Shown here piece by piece: positions 7,531 through 14,153 of a stretch of 14,153 bases of DNA. The DNA is taken from positions 1-14,153 of the forward strand of contig JBGCFM010000239.1 of assembly GCA_045106895.1 (NCBI GenBank). The letters are read 5' to 3'. Origin of the DNA: Polyangiales bacterium. Lineage in GTDB: Bacteria > Myxococcota_A > Polyangia > Polyangiales > Houyiibacteriaceae. Both the position numbers and the translations under genes were made by a program. Under the pieces are notes generated by a model. The model did not search any database, was not told the DNA's origin, and saw only the letters and a program-made list of their open reading frames with translations. Numbering within the stretch: position 1 is the first letter of the stretch; the number at the start of each line of letters is the position of its first letter.

Positions 7531-9105
7531 GTGCCGCATACGTTCCCGCCGCTCTCGTTTCTCTTCTTTGAAGATGGCCAGCCAACGAAAGCGGCCTGGC
7601 AAGCACTGCTAGCCCTAAGAACAACGTGGAACGGCACGCACCTCAGTCGGTTCGTGCGGGAAGACGGCCACCTTCGCATCGACCTGAAGGCCGGCGTTGA
7701 AGACCCAGAGTTCTCCGAGTTCGCTGGGGCTGTTGCGGAACTAAAACGCTCGGACTCTATCGAGTACTTCAAGGGCGTCGACTCTCCCTACGCCGGCCCA
7801 GAAGCGATGGAACGCGCGGACTTCATCCTCGTAGCAGACGACGTGCCCGCGCATGGCTTTCTCCTGAATGAGATCGAAGCGTTCGGCGCTCCCCTCGCAT
7901 GCCCGGCGTGTGGGCACGCTCGCCGCGGCGCGGATCGTCCGGTCCTGGCCCCGCTGATGATCGATGAGCACGTATTGGCCGACGGCCCTCAGGACTTTCT
8001 AGGCATGGCGAACGACACGTGCCTCGTGTCGAAGAAGGTCGCGGATCTTCTCGCGTCCCACGGCGCCTCTGGCTACCGCCTGAGCGCGGTCTTGTCCCCG
8101 CAACGAACGCCCTCGCAGAACCACTTTCTGCTGAGCGCCAGCAACGTGCTCATCGATCCGTGCCCTGTGCACACGCCGCGCGACGAAGGCGCGATCTGCG
8201 CGACCTGCGGAGCGGTCTCAGGCTCCTTGTTAGGGCACGTTCACGTAAGCGACGCGCAGGTCCAAGGTCTCTCATTCTTCTCGAAGCATCGCTTCGGACA
8301 CGCAGACATCTACATGGCACGGGACATGTTTCACTTGCTCAAATCGAGCGGCGTCGCTCTTTCTGCGTCCGCTGGACTCGACACCTGCCGCCACGAAGAC
8401 AACGAAAACGGCGCGGGGCTTCGAGCTGCCGCGACTCCCACGGCCGCCAAGCCTGCCTTCGAATGTGGCGGCGTGCGTGGGTTCCTCTCGCACTTGGATG
8501 ACTCAAGGCCGCGCTTCGTCTGCGGCCCGCGCGGAGGCTCGGAGCGCGAGCGAACGGTCGACGTGGTGCACATGCGACAACCTGGCTGCTCCGAGGCTGA
8601 ACTCGACGCGGCGGAACAAAGATTGCCCGAGTTTCGACATCTCCGTCCACTCTACGAAGCAAGCAACGGAGTCCTGCTCTATTGCCAAGCGGGGACCACG
8701 CCGGCGACGTTCCCGACGCTGGCCGAGATGCATCGCGGCGAGGCCCACGACCCCTCCTTGATGCGCCTGTTGCCTATCGACGAGTGCCTACACGCGCAGC
8801 AAGACATGCGCGAGCAGGTCCGAGACTTCGAACTCCCGTTCGGCGCCGCCGATGGATTGCCCTTTGCACAGCTCACCGCCTCCTCCGACCTCCTGGTCTG
8901 CCACGAAGGCGCGATCTACTACTTCTCGCCGATGTACAACCGCTACCACGACCAGCGCATCGGCGACGACCTAGACGAAGCGTTCACTCGCATTTTCTCC
9001 GCGCCGGCACGCTTCCTGATGGACACGGCGTCCGTCGCCACGTTCTACGACGAACAAGGAGTGCAGTACTATCCGAAACGCTATGCATCGGGGAACTCCG
9101 CCTAA
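7531..9105 (+). CDS. Putative immunity protein: N-terminal double-CXXCG-like region fused to a C-terminal SMI1/KNR4 (SUKH)-like domain
   Basis: CPACG (~7900) and CATCG (~8197) flank LVSKKVADLLASHGASGYRL. From 8581 PGCSEAELDAAEQRLPEFRHLRPLYEASNG...LLPIDE...LPFAQ...GAIYYF...IGDDLDEAF follows the SUKH pattern. The ORF is secure; domain calls are by eye. Confidence 0.65.
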   Translation: MPHTFPPLSFLFFEDGQPTKAAWQALLALRTTWNGTHLSRFVREDGHLRIDLKAGVEDPEFSEFAGAVAELKRSDSIEYFKGVDSPYAGPEAMERADFILVADDVPAHGFLLNEIEAFGAPLACPACGHARRGADRPVLAPLMIDEHVLADGPQDFLGMANDTCLVSKKVADLLASHGASGYRLSAVLSPQRTPSQNHFLLSASNVLIDPCPVHTPRDEGAICATCGAVSGSLLGHVHVSDAQVQGLSFFSKHRFGHADIYMARDMFHLLKSSGVALSASAGLDTCRHEDNENGAGLRAAATPTAAKPAFECGGVRGFLSHLDDSRPRFVCGPRGGSERERTVDVVHMRQPGCSEAELDAAEQRLPEFRHLRPLYEASNGVLLYCQAGTTPATFPTLAEMHRGEAHDPSLMRLLPIDECLHAQQDMREQVRDFELPFGAADGLPFAQLTASSDLLVCHEGAIYYFSPMYNRYHDQRIGDDLDEAFTRIFSAPARFLMDTASVATFYDEQGVQYYPKRYASGNSA

Positions 9106-9127
9106 GCTTCGCACCCATGTACTATGC

Positions 9128-9155
9128 AGCGAAGGCTTAGCTCGTGGCCTTCGCT
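9128..9155 (+). promoter_or_regulatory. 9-bp inverted repeat AGCGAAGGC-N10-GCCTTCGCT directly after a TACTAT -10-like hexamer (9120-9125), upstream of TetR
   Basis: The IR is seen directly and has no U-tract. Its role (operator, 5' stabilising hairpin, or weak terminator of the upstream gene) is unresolved. Confidence 0.45.
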
Positions 9156-9164
9156 CAGACACCC

Positions 9165-9773
9165 ATGTCGGACAATCGAAAAGAGATCCTGCGCGTCGCC
9201 CAAGCCATCCTTGAAGAGGCTCCGGCAAGTGACTTTTCCAGTCGGGAAGTCGCAAGGCGTGCAGGCGTTAGCGTGAGCGTTGTCCACTATCACTTCGCCA
9301 GCCGAGATGGTCTCATCCGCGCCGCCTACGACGACGCCTACTACGACGGCCTCGTCGAACTCTCGAACGACCTACGCGAGGAGCTCGGCAGCGGCGGTCC
9401 ATTCGAAGCCTTGGTGCGGACGACGACGATTCGTGTCTTTCGCTACGCGCGTAGCCGTGGACAGCTCTTTCGCAATTTCTTGTCGAACGTGGTGGAGCGC
9501 GGAGACCTCGGCGCCACGGACAACCTCAGCCAGCAAGACCGCATGCTGCGCCTCGTGTGTCCCTTCGTCGCACGTCACGGCGGAATCGGCGTAGCAGAGG
9601 CGAGATTGCGTACTTCGTACCTCGTCATGCTGGTCGCGCGCTTGGCCTCGAGCAGCACCCAAGAGATGCTCTTGCTCCTCGGCGAGGACGACGTCAGCGA
9701 CCCGGTGGCCCGCGTCGAAGCGTCGCTCTCCGATGTTGCGGCGCGAATCCTTCTCGGCGACTCACCGAAGTAG
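9165..9773 (+). CDS. TetR/AcrR family transcriptional regulator
   Basis: N-terminal HTH RKEILRVAQAILEE...FSSREVARRAGVSVSVVHYHFASRDGLI; ~200 aa. ATG 9165 is preferred over GTG 9144, which lies inside the hairpin. Confidence 0.93.
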   Translation: MSDNRKEILRVAQAILEEAPASDFSSREVARRAGVSVSVVHYHFASRDGLIRAAYDDAYYDGLVELSNDLREELGSGGPFEALVRTTTIRVFRYARSRGQLFRNFLSNVVERGDLGATDNLSQQDRMLRLVCPFVARHGGIGVAEARLRTSYLVMLVARLASSSTQEMLLLLGEDDVSDPVARVEASLSDVAARILLGDSPK

Positions 9774-9776
9774 CAA

Positions 9777-9793
9777 TCCTGAACACCGTTCGA
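9777..9793 (+). promoter_or_regulatory. Operator-like box 1 TCCTGAACACCGTTCGA
   Basis: GAAC-N3-GTTC palindrome, 15/17 identical to 10683-10699, and 20 nt before the -10 hexamer of TG-C-TAACTT (9814-9819). Confidence 0.6.
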
Positions 9794-9825
9794 GGGAGAT
9801 GCGGGAGCCCTGCTAACTTGGGTCC

Positions 9826-10668
9826 GTGAAACAAGCGCGCTTTGCCTGTGTCTTCTTCCTTCTCGCCGCCGGGTGCGATGACAGTGCGCCGGAGAGCGAC
9901 GCCGCCGTCGATGCTTCGGCAATGGACGCAGCCACGGATGCCTCGCTAGGCGATGACGCCGACTGCAGCGGCGAGTACGTCCGTGCGCTCATCGGCGACG
10001 TGGTCGACGTGGAAGGCGAAGGCGTCGCAGGGGCCAATGTTCAAGCCTGTTTGAACACCATCGACGGTCGCTGGCTCTGTCTCTCGCCGGTCCAAAGCGA
10101 AGAATCCGGCGCCTTTCGAATCGAGCTTGCTCCGGACAACCGCTGCCTCGAACGCGCGGCGGTGCGAATGAGCGCCGACGACGTGGTCTCTGACTACTGC
10201 TCTCCGCCGCTTGACTCGGAAGTCGTAGAAACCGGGATCATGCTCGCGCTCTCCACCACCACAGCCTGGAGCGTTGACGGGAGCACGCTCTCTCACGACT
10301 CTGGCCTCATCTTCGACGCCGCCTCCCCGGAAGCCGCCGCACAGCACGCCGAGCGCATCGCCGCCGGCGGACTCGAGGGGACGTCCCACTGCCAAGCCGT
10401 ACAGCTAGGCTTGAGCTCGTCCCTTGGTTTAACACCGGAGGGCTTCGTCCGTGACCTGACGCTAAGACGAGTGCCCGCGCCAGGCCTCCCGGACGCGACG
10501 CCGGTGGACATCGTGGTGGTCGGCGGCCTCTACGGAGAGCTCCCGGACGGAAGCGTCGTCGCCGAAGGAGACGCCCATGTCATCGCGACGGGGCAAGTGG
10601 AAGGCGGCACCGTGGACGTCGACGTGAGCATCCCCTTCCTCACCTGGATCGGCGTCCGGCCTCGCTGA
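9826..10668 (+). CDS. Lipoprotein with a carboxypeptidase-regulatory-like (beta-sandwich) domain
   Basis: Lipobox LAAGC, Asp/Ala linker, then GDVVDVEGEGVAGANVQAC...SEESGAFRIEL. Confidence 0.7.
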   Translation: MKQARFACVFFLLAAGCDDSAPESDAAVDASAMDAATDASLGDDADCSGEYVRALIGDVVDVEGEGVAGANVQACLNTIDGRWLCLSPVQSEESGAFRIELAPDNRCLERAAVRMSADDVVSDYCSPPLDSEVVETGIMLALSTTTAWSVDGSTLSHDSGLIFDAASPEAAAQHAERIAAGGLEGTSHCQAVQLGLSSSLGLTPEGFVRDLTLRRVPAPGLPDATPVDIVVVGGLYGELPDGSVVAEGDAHVIATGQVEGGTVDVDVSIPFLTWIGVRPR

Positions 10669-10682
10669 GCCGGACGAGCTCG

Positions 10683-10699
10683 TCCTGAACAGTGTTCGA
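10683..10699 (+). promoter_or_regulatory. Operator-like box 2 TCCTGAACAGTGTTCGA
   Basis: GAACA-G-TGTTC palindrome, 21 nt before TAGGGT (10721-10726). It overlaps the end of a perfect 14-bp palindrome GGACGAGCTCGTCC (10672-10685). Confidence 0.6.
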
Positions 10700-10761
10700 T
10701 CGCCCTCCGTCGAGCTGCTTTAGGGTGCTTGGACAGCTCCACTGCGGGGCCCAGGAGACCT

Positions 10762-11703
10762 ATGAAACACGGAATCGCGATCGCTCTCTTTGTCTTCGGT
10801 GTTGGCTGCGAAGCTCAGCTGACGGACCCCGACGCGGGGTTTCGCTTCGACGCTTCGTCGGCGCAGGATGCTCCCTTCGACGCGGCCATTCTCTCCGATG
10901 CAGCCTCCGACGCTGCGTCGCCGGAAGACGCGGGCGGCTTCGACTCCGGCGACGAGTTCTGTGCTCCGGTATGCGAAGGCCGCAGCTGCGGTGGCGACAG
11001 CTGCGGTGGTAGCTGCGGTGAGTGCGAGTCTGGGCTCTCCTGCCGAGACGACGGCCAGTGCGTCGAAGTCGACGACGGCTGCACGCCCTCATGCCTGCTG
11101 CGCTCCTGCGGTGACGACCGCTGCGGCGGCACCTGCGGCGACTGCGTGAGCGGAACTGAATGCGGCAACCACGAGTGGTTCGACCTCCCCCACCTAGACC
11201 TCTACTTATGCGAGCCCGCGGTCCGCGACTTCGGCGCTTCCACCGTGTGTCCGCCGGACGAGACCGCCGTGGGTGTTGAGCCCGGCAATATCGCGGCGGA
11301 CGCGCAGCTCCTCGAATGCGGCTCCAACTTCCCCGTCAACCACCGCGGCATGTGCGCTGAACCGGTGAGTATTGTCTACCAGATCAACATCGACTGCGCG
11401 CCGTGCATCGCCTACGTCAACCAAGTCCTTGGCCCGCTTCAGCAAGAGTTCGCGGCTCAAGGCGTGCAGTTCTACATCGTCTTTGACGAGCCTTCGGAGT
11501 GCGATGACGCCGGCTTCTTCGGCGCGGCAGCCGAAGGGCTACGCTTCCTCTACCAAGAGAACCACAACATCACGCGCATCTTCGGAACCGGCGGACGCGA
11601 CTCCACGATGGTCATGACGGAAGGCAACATCTTCGTCGACTACAGCAAGAAGCCCGAAGAGGAGACACTCCGCGCGCAGATCATGGCGGGCCTCGCGCTG
11701 TAG
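10762..11703 (+). CDS. Lipoprotein with myxobacterial Cys-rich repeats and a C-terminal thioredoxin-like (TlpA/redoxin) domain
   Basis: AGGAG SD before ATG 10762. Lipobox GVGC. Two CxPxCxxRSCGxDxCGGxCGxC repeats. Then PGNIAADAQL...VSIVYQINIDCAPCIAY...LQQEFAAQGVQFYIVF with a CxxC motif. Confidence 0.8.
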   Translation: MKHGIAIALFVFGVGCEAQLTDPDAGFRFDASSAQDAPFDAAILSDAASDAASPEDAGGFDSGDEFCAPVCEGRSCGGDSCGGSCGECESGLSCRDDGQCVEVDDGCTPSCLLRSCGDDRCGGTCGDCVSGTECGNHEWFDLPHLDLYLCEPAVRDFGASTVCPPDETAVGVEPGNIAADAQLLECGSNFPVNHRGMCAEPVSIVYQINIDCAPCIAYVNQVLGPLQQEFAAQGVQFYIVFDEPSECDDAGFFGAAAEGLRFLYQENHNITRIFGTGGRDSTMVMTEGNIFVDYSKKPEEETLRAQIMAGLAL

Positions 11704-11716
11704 CTTGAAAGCTGCC

Positions 11717-12385
11717 TCAGCACTCCGGCGATTCGCAGACCACAAGCTCGAAGCGAATCACTGAGTCCAGAGGCGCATAACGAAAGCCGGCGGCGTCCAT
11801 CACCTCGAAGCGTGTGACAACGCCGGCCTCGTCTTCGCCACCCATCGTGCCGCCTGGCTGCCCTTCGCCGAAGCCCGGCTCTTCGTTCACTTCGCTGCCC
11901 ACGTCGAAATAGGCGAAGTCCGAAGTGATATCTCCGGACAGAGGGACATCGCCGTCGAAGAGCGCGACCTCACCTCCGACGATGGTGTCGTTGCTCTCGA
12001 TGAACATTGACGCGAAGTGAAGCTGCTGCCCTGGCAACGCTTCAAAGCGCGTCCGAAACGTCACACCGCTGGTGAGCGGTGAACCTTCGTAGCTGTCTTC
12101 GAACTCTTCGGGGATGCTCGACCCGCCGGAAGAGGCAAGCCCCGTGGGGTCGCCCTGTTCCGCCAAGAACGAGAGCGCCGACGAAGCTGCGTCTCCCTCT
12201 ACAAAGAGAGGCCCGTCCACGCGCACCCAGCCGGGCGAAAAGCGCGGAGCGTACATTCCGCTCTCGCCCATGACCCCTGCCTCCGGCGACACGTTGGTCA
12301 TGCGCAGCTCAAAGTAAGAAGGCGAAACACTTTCACTCGTGCAAGCAGTGAGGAGTAGCAATAGCGTTAGCGCGCGGAAAGCCAT
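11717..12385 (-). CDS. Spondin_N domain lipoprotein
   Basis: Lipobox LTAC; FSPG, LF.EG..AS..L..LAEQGDP, LHFASMFIESND, FDVGSEVNEEPG are bacterial spondin motifs. Start taken at ATG 12385. Confidence 0.88.
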   Translation of the reverse strand: MAFRALTLLLLLTACTSESVSPSYFELRMTNVSPEAGVMGESGMYAPRFSPGWVRVDGPLFVEGDAASSALSFLAEQGDPTGLASSGGSSIPEEFEDSYEGSPLTSGVTFRTRFEALPGQQLHFASMFIESNDTIVGGEVALFDGDVPLSGDITSDFAYFDVGSEVNEEPGFGEGQPGGTMGGEDEAGVVTRFEVMDAAGFRYAPLDSVIRFELVVCESPEC

Positions 12386-12518
12386 AGGCAGAATGTGGAG
12401 CCCATGGCGAGTTGGCACAAGCGATTCCTAGATCAGGGGTGCACGAACTCGCTCAGTCCACGATGATGTACAGGAACGGAGTCCTCGGTGGCTCTCATCG
12501 GCCCGGGCGAGAATTCTT

Positions 12519-12568
12519 GAGTCGGACTGAGTCGGACCGAGTCGGACCGCGTCGCACTGGCTCGAACT
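12519..12568. repeat. 10-bp period tandem repeat GAGTCGGACY (3 near-perfect + 2 degenerate units) in a divergent intergenic region
   Basis: GAGTCGGACT GAGTCGGACC GAGTCGGACC GCGTCGCACT GGCTCGAACT. Confidence 0.85.
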
Positions 12569-12654
12569 GACTCTCTGGGCCCAGCGACGCCCTGCCGCCA
12601 AAACGCGCGAGCGCGATGGCTGGTATTGACGCCCTCGCCGTCGCATAGTGACGC

Positions 12655-13218
12655 ATGCTCCGCTTGGTCTGCCTTCTCCTCGTTCTTCTTGCCTTCGGCT
12701 GTGCCGAGTCGTCGCTGCCCGGGGACGGCGGCGTTGCTTCCGACGTTCCGCGAGTGGACGTTCCCAGATTCGACGCGCCGAGCTTCGATGCACCACGCTT
12801 CGATGTGCCACAGAGCGTCGATGCACCCATTCGCTTCGACGCGACGATGAATCGAGACTCCGGGCCACGCGATGCCGGGCCCGCCGACGTTCCGGTGGAC
12901 TCAAGCGTAGTCACGCCAGCCGACCGCGCGCGGGAGAGCTTCCTGGCGCTTTGCGAGGCGGAACTGGAATGCGGAATGATGCCGACCGGGTTCTGCATAG
13001 AGCCCGATGATTTCGTGGACTCGCTCTTCATCGACGTCGCCGGACGGTCGATGGAATGCATGGACACGTACGCCAACCTCATCGCGGACTTGCTTGAGTG
13101 CGCAGCTGGGGAAGAATGCGCAGAGATCTCGCGCTTCATCGAGACGGGGGAAGTGAGCGCCTTGTGCAGCCCGGACGAAGAAGAGTTCCGCAACGTCGAA
13201 GTGCTCTGCGAGTTCTAG
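12655..13218 (+). CDS. Hypothetical lipoprotein with D(V/A)PxF pentapeptide linker repeats and an acidic Cys-rich C-terminal domain
   Basis: Lipobox LAFGC; DVPRV-DVPRF-DAPSF-DAPRF-DVP; 8 Cys in the C-terminal half. Confidence 0.8.
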   Translation: MLRLVCLLLVLLAFGCAESSLPGDGGVASDVPRVDVPRFDAPSFDAPRFDVPQSVDAPIRFDATMNRDSGPRDAGPADVPVDSSVVTPADRARESFLALCEAELECGMMPTGFCIEPDDFVDSLFIDVAGRSMECMDTYANLIADLLECAAGEECAEISRFIETGEVSALCSPDEEEFRNVEVLCEF

Positions 13219-13640
13219 GCTTCGTCTGAGGACGCGCACTCCGCGATTTGCCGCTCTGAAGCCCAACCCTTGGCCAAGGCTTTTCCACGTGCGGACAAGC
13301 CAAGAAACACGCGGCGCCAGGGCCAGGCTGCCGGGCTTTCCAAGAGCCTCAAGACCTGAGCCCGATCCCTAGAGACAAAGTAGGGGCGACGACTCACGAG
13401 CCCCCAGACGGAGACACAACGAAGAGTTTCGCGATCGACTTCCACGACAAACGGGAAACGCATCGTCGTGACCGTGGATGCGAAGAACGCGAACCCGAGG
13501 AAAAGTGCACCCACCACACCTTCGGTCACGCCTGCACAAACGCCGAGGCCAGCCGCGACGAAACCGACCACCAACATCATCGCGCCGACGAAATGCATCC
13601 AGACGGCAACCAAGTTCAGGGCGTAGACGCGACGTTTCAT
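13215..13640 (-). CDS. Hypothetical membrane protein (2 TM, 141 aa)
   Basis: From ATG 13640 there are two hydrophobic segments followed by a soluble tail. The track's longer version (13856) reads through the tRNA fragment and terminator. Confidence 0.55.
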   Translation of the reverse strand: MKRRVYALNLVAVWMHFVGAMMLVVGFVAAGLGVCAGVTEGVVGALFLGFAFFASTVTTMRFPFVVEVDRETLRCVSVWGLVSRRPYFVSRDRAQVLRLLESPAAWPWRRVFLGLSARGKALAKGWASERQIAECASSDEA

Positions 13641-13721
13641 AGCGAAAATCAAAGAAGACGACTTGAGTGCTCGTAGTGCCGCAGCACTCCGTGCGGACTG
13701 CTCGCAGCAGTCAAAGGCACG

Positions 13722-13754
13722 AAAAAAGCCGGCCAGGCTTCCGCCTAACCGACT
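13722..13754 (-). terminator. Rho-independent terminator downstream of the tRNA-Gly 3' end
   Basis: Minus strand AGTCGGTTAGGC-GGAA-GCCTGGCCGGCT-TTTTT: 12-bp stem with 3 G-U pairs, GNRA loop, U-tract. Confidence 0.85.
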
Positions 13755-13772
13755 GTTTTCATTTGCAGATTT

Positions 13773-13824
<52 letters not shown>

Positions 13825-14153
13825 TGTGGGGTAAGTAAGCCAGGGAAAATCAACATTTATAGGTAGAAAGCGTCCCCTTGTGTTGTGTGCTGTCCCCTGG
13901 TGTTGCGACGAAAGTGGAAGGTTTGGTGGAAGGTACCGGGAGGTGCTCCGCCGCCTTCTCTTTTGCATTCATGCTGAGGCAACACCTTCGCTGACTTGGC
14001 GCTAAGGTTGTCCACCCAAGCGTGCGAATCCAACCTTAGGTCGGCCCGAGATTCAGTGGCAACTCGCTGCTGAAGGCCGTCTTGGAGCCACGTCTGCGGG
14101 CGGTCCTCTACGGCACCGAGGCCGATGCCGATCGAAGAGAAGCCGTCGTAGTC
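13825..14153. mobile_element. End of a putative integrative element (prophage/ICE/genomic island) inserted in tRNA-Gly, extending right beyond the window
   Basis: Adjacent to the tRNA 3' fragment. AT-rich stretch with AATCAA (13848-13853), direct repeats GTCCCCT(T/G)GTGTTG (13872-13885, 13892-13905) and GTGGAAGGT x2 (13914-13922, 13926-13934). No integrase in view. Confidence 0.65.
13857..14153 (-). CDS. Possible 3' end of an unidentified gene entering from the right edge
   Basis: An open frame of 98 codons (DYDGFSSIGIGLGAVEDRPQTWLQDGLQQ...FYL*) with no recognisable motif. It overlaps the putative att arm sites, so it may be spurious. Confidence 0.3.
   Translation of the reverse strand, partial: DYDGFSSIGIGLGAVEDRPQTWLQDGLQQRVATESRADLRLDSHAWVDNLSAKSAKVLPQHECKREGGGAPPGTFHQTFHFRRNTRGQHTTQGDAFYL

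Noticed and set aside
9777..10699. LexA/SOS boxes
   Set aside because: Spacing is GAAC-N3-GTTC, whereas Gram-positive and Myxococcus LexA boxes need one more spacer base. The downstream genes are not SOS-like.
486..12568. CRISPR array from the various repeats (486-613, 1905-1966, 5545-5608, 12519-12568)
   Set aside because: All are contiguous 6-12 bp tandem repeats with no unique spacers, and there are no cas genes.
2245..13266. Numerous long overlapping ORFs (e.g. 2929..4116 +, 5423..6721 +, 6382..7077 -, 12495..13193 -)
   Set aside because: Arg/Pro/Ala/Ser-rich shadow frames expected in high-GC DNA, overlapping genes with clear family motifs.

Overview
GC-rich bacterial DNA whose gene content (Hanks-type kinase with an AgmX/TonB-C-like tail, Cys-rich 'CGxDxCGGxCGxC' lipoprotein, double-CXXCG protein, many Asp/Ala-linker lipoproteins) points to Myxococcota, probably Polyangia; this is inference. 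The window holds about 15 accessory genes: a four-helix-bundle (23S rRNA IVS/Avd-like) gene running off the left edge and missed by the ORF track, an ankyrin protein, a Zn-ribbon mini-protein, an ERI1-type 3'-5' exonuclease, an S1 protease lipoprotein, a Ser/Thr kinase, GFA, VIT1/CCC1, a double-CXXCG + SMI1/KNR4 fusion, a TetR regulator and a lipoprotein cluster. At the right end is the 3' half of tRNA-Gly(GCC) with its native terminator, which looks like the att junction of an element extending beyond the window. The most unusual signal is non-coding: a ~163-nt hairpin (301-463) buries the SD and first 7 codons of the four-helix-bundle gene, its G-U pairs favour the mRNA strand, and it is preceded on that strand by a ~21-unit hexamer array that has a sister array at 1905-1966. 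Also notable are twin 17-bp palindromic boxes ahead of the two genes after TetR and a recurring leaderless-type -10 signature. No complete known defence, CRISPR or DGR system is visible. All family calls come from motif recognition by eye, not from database searches.
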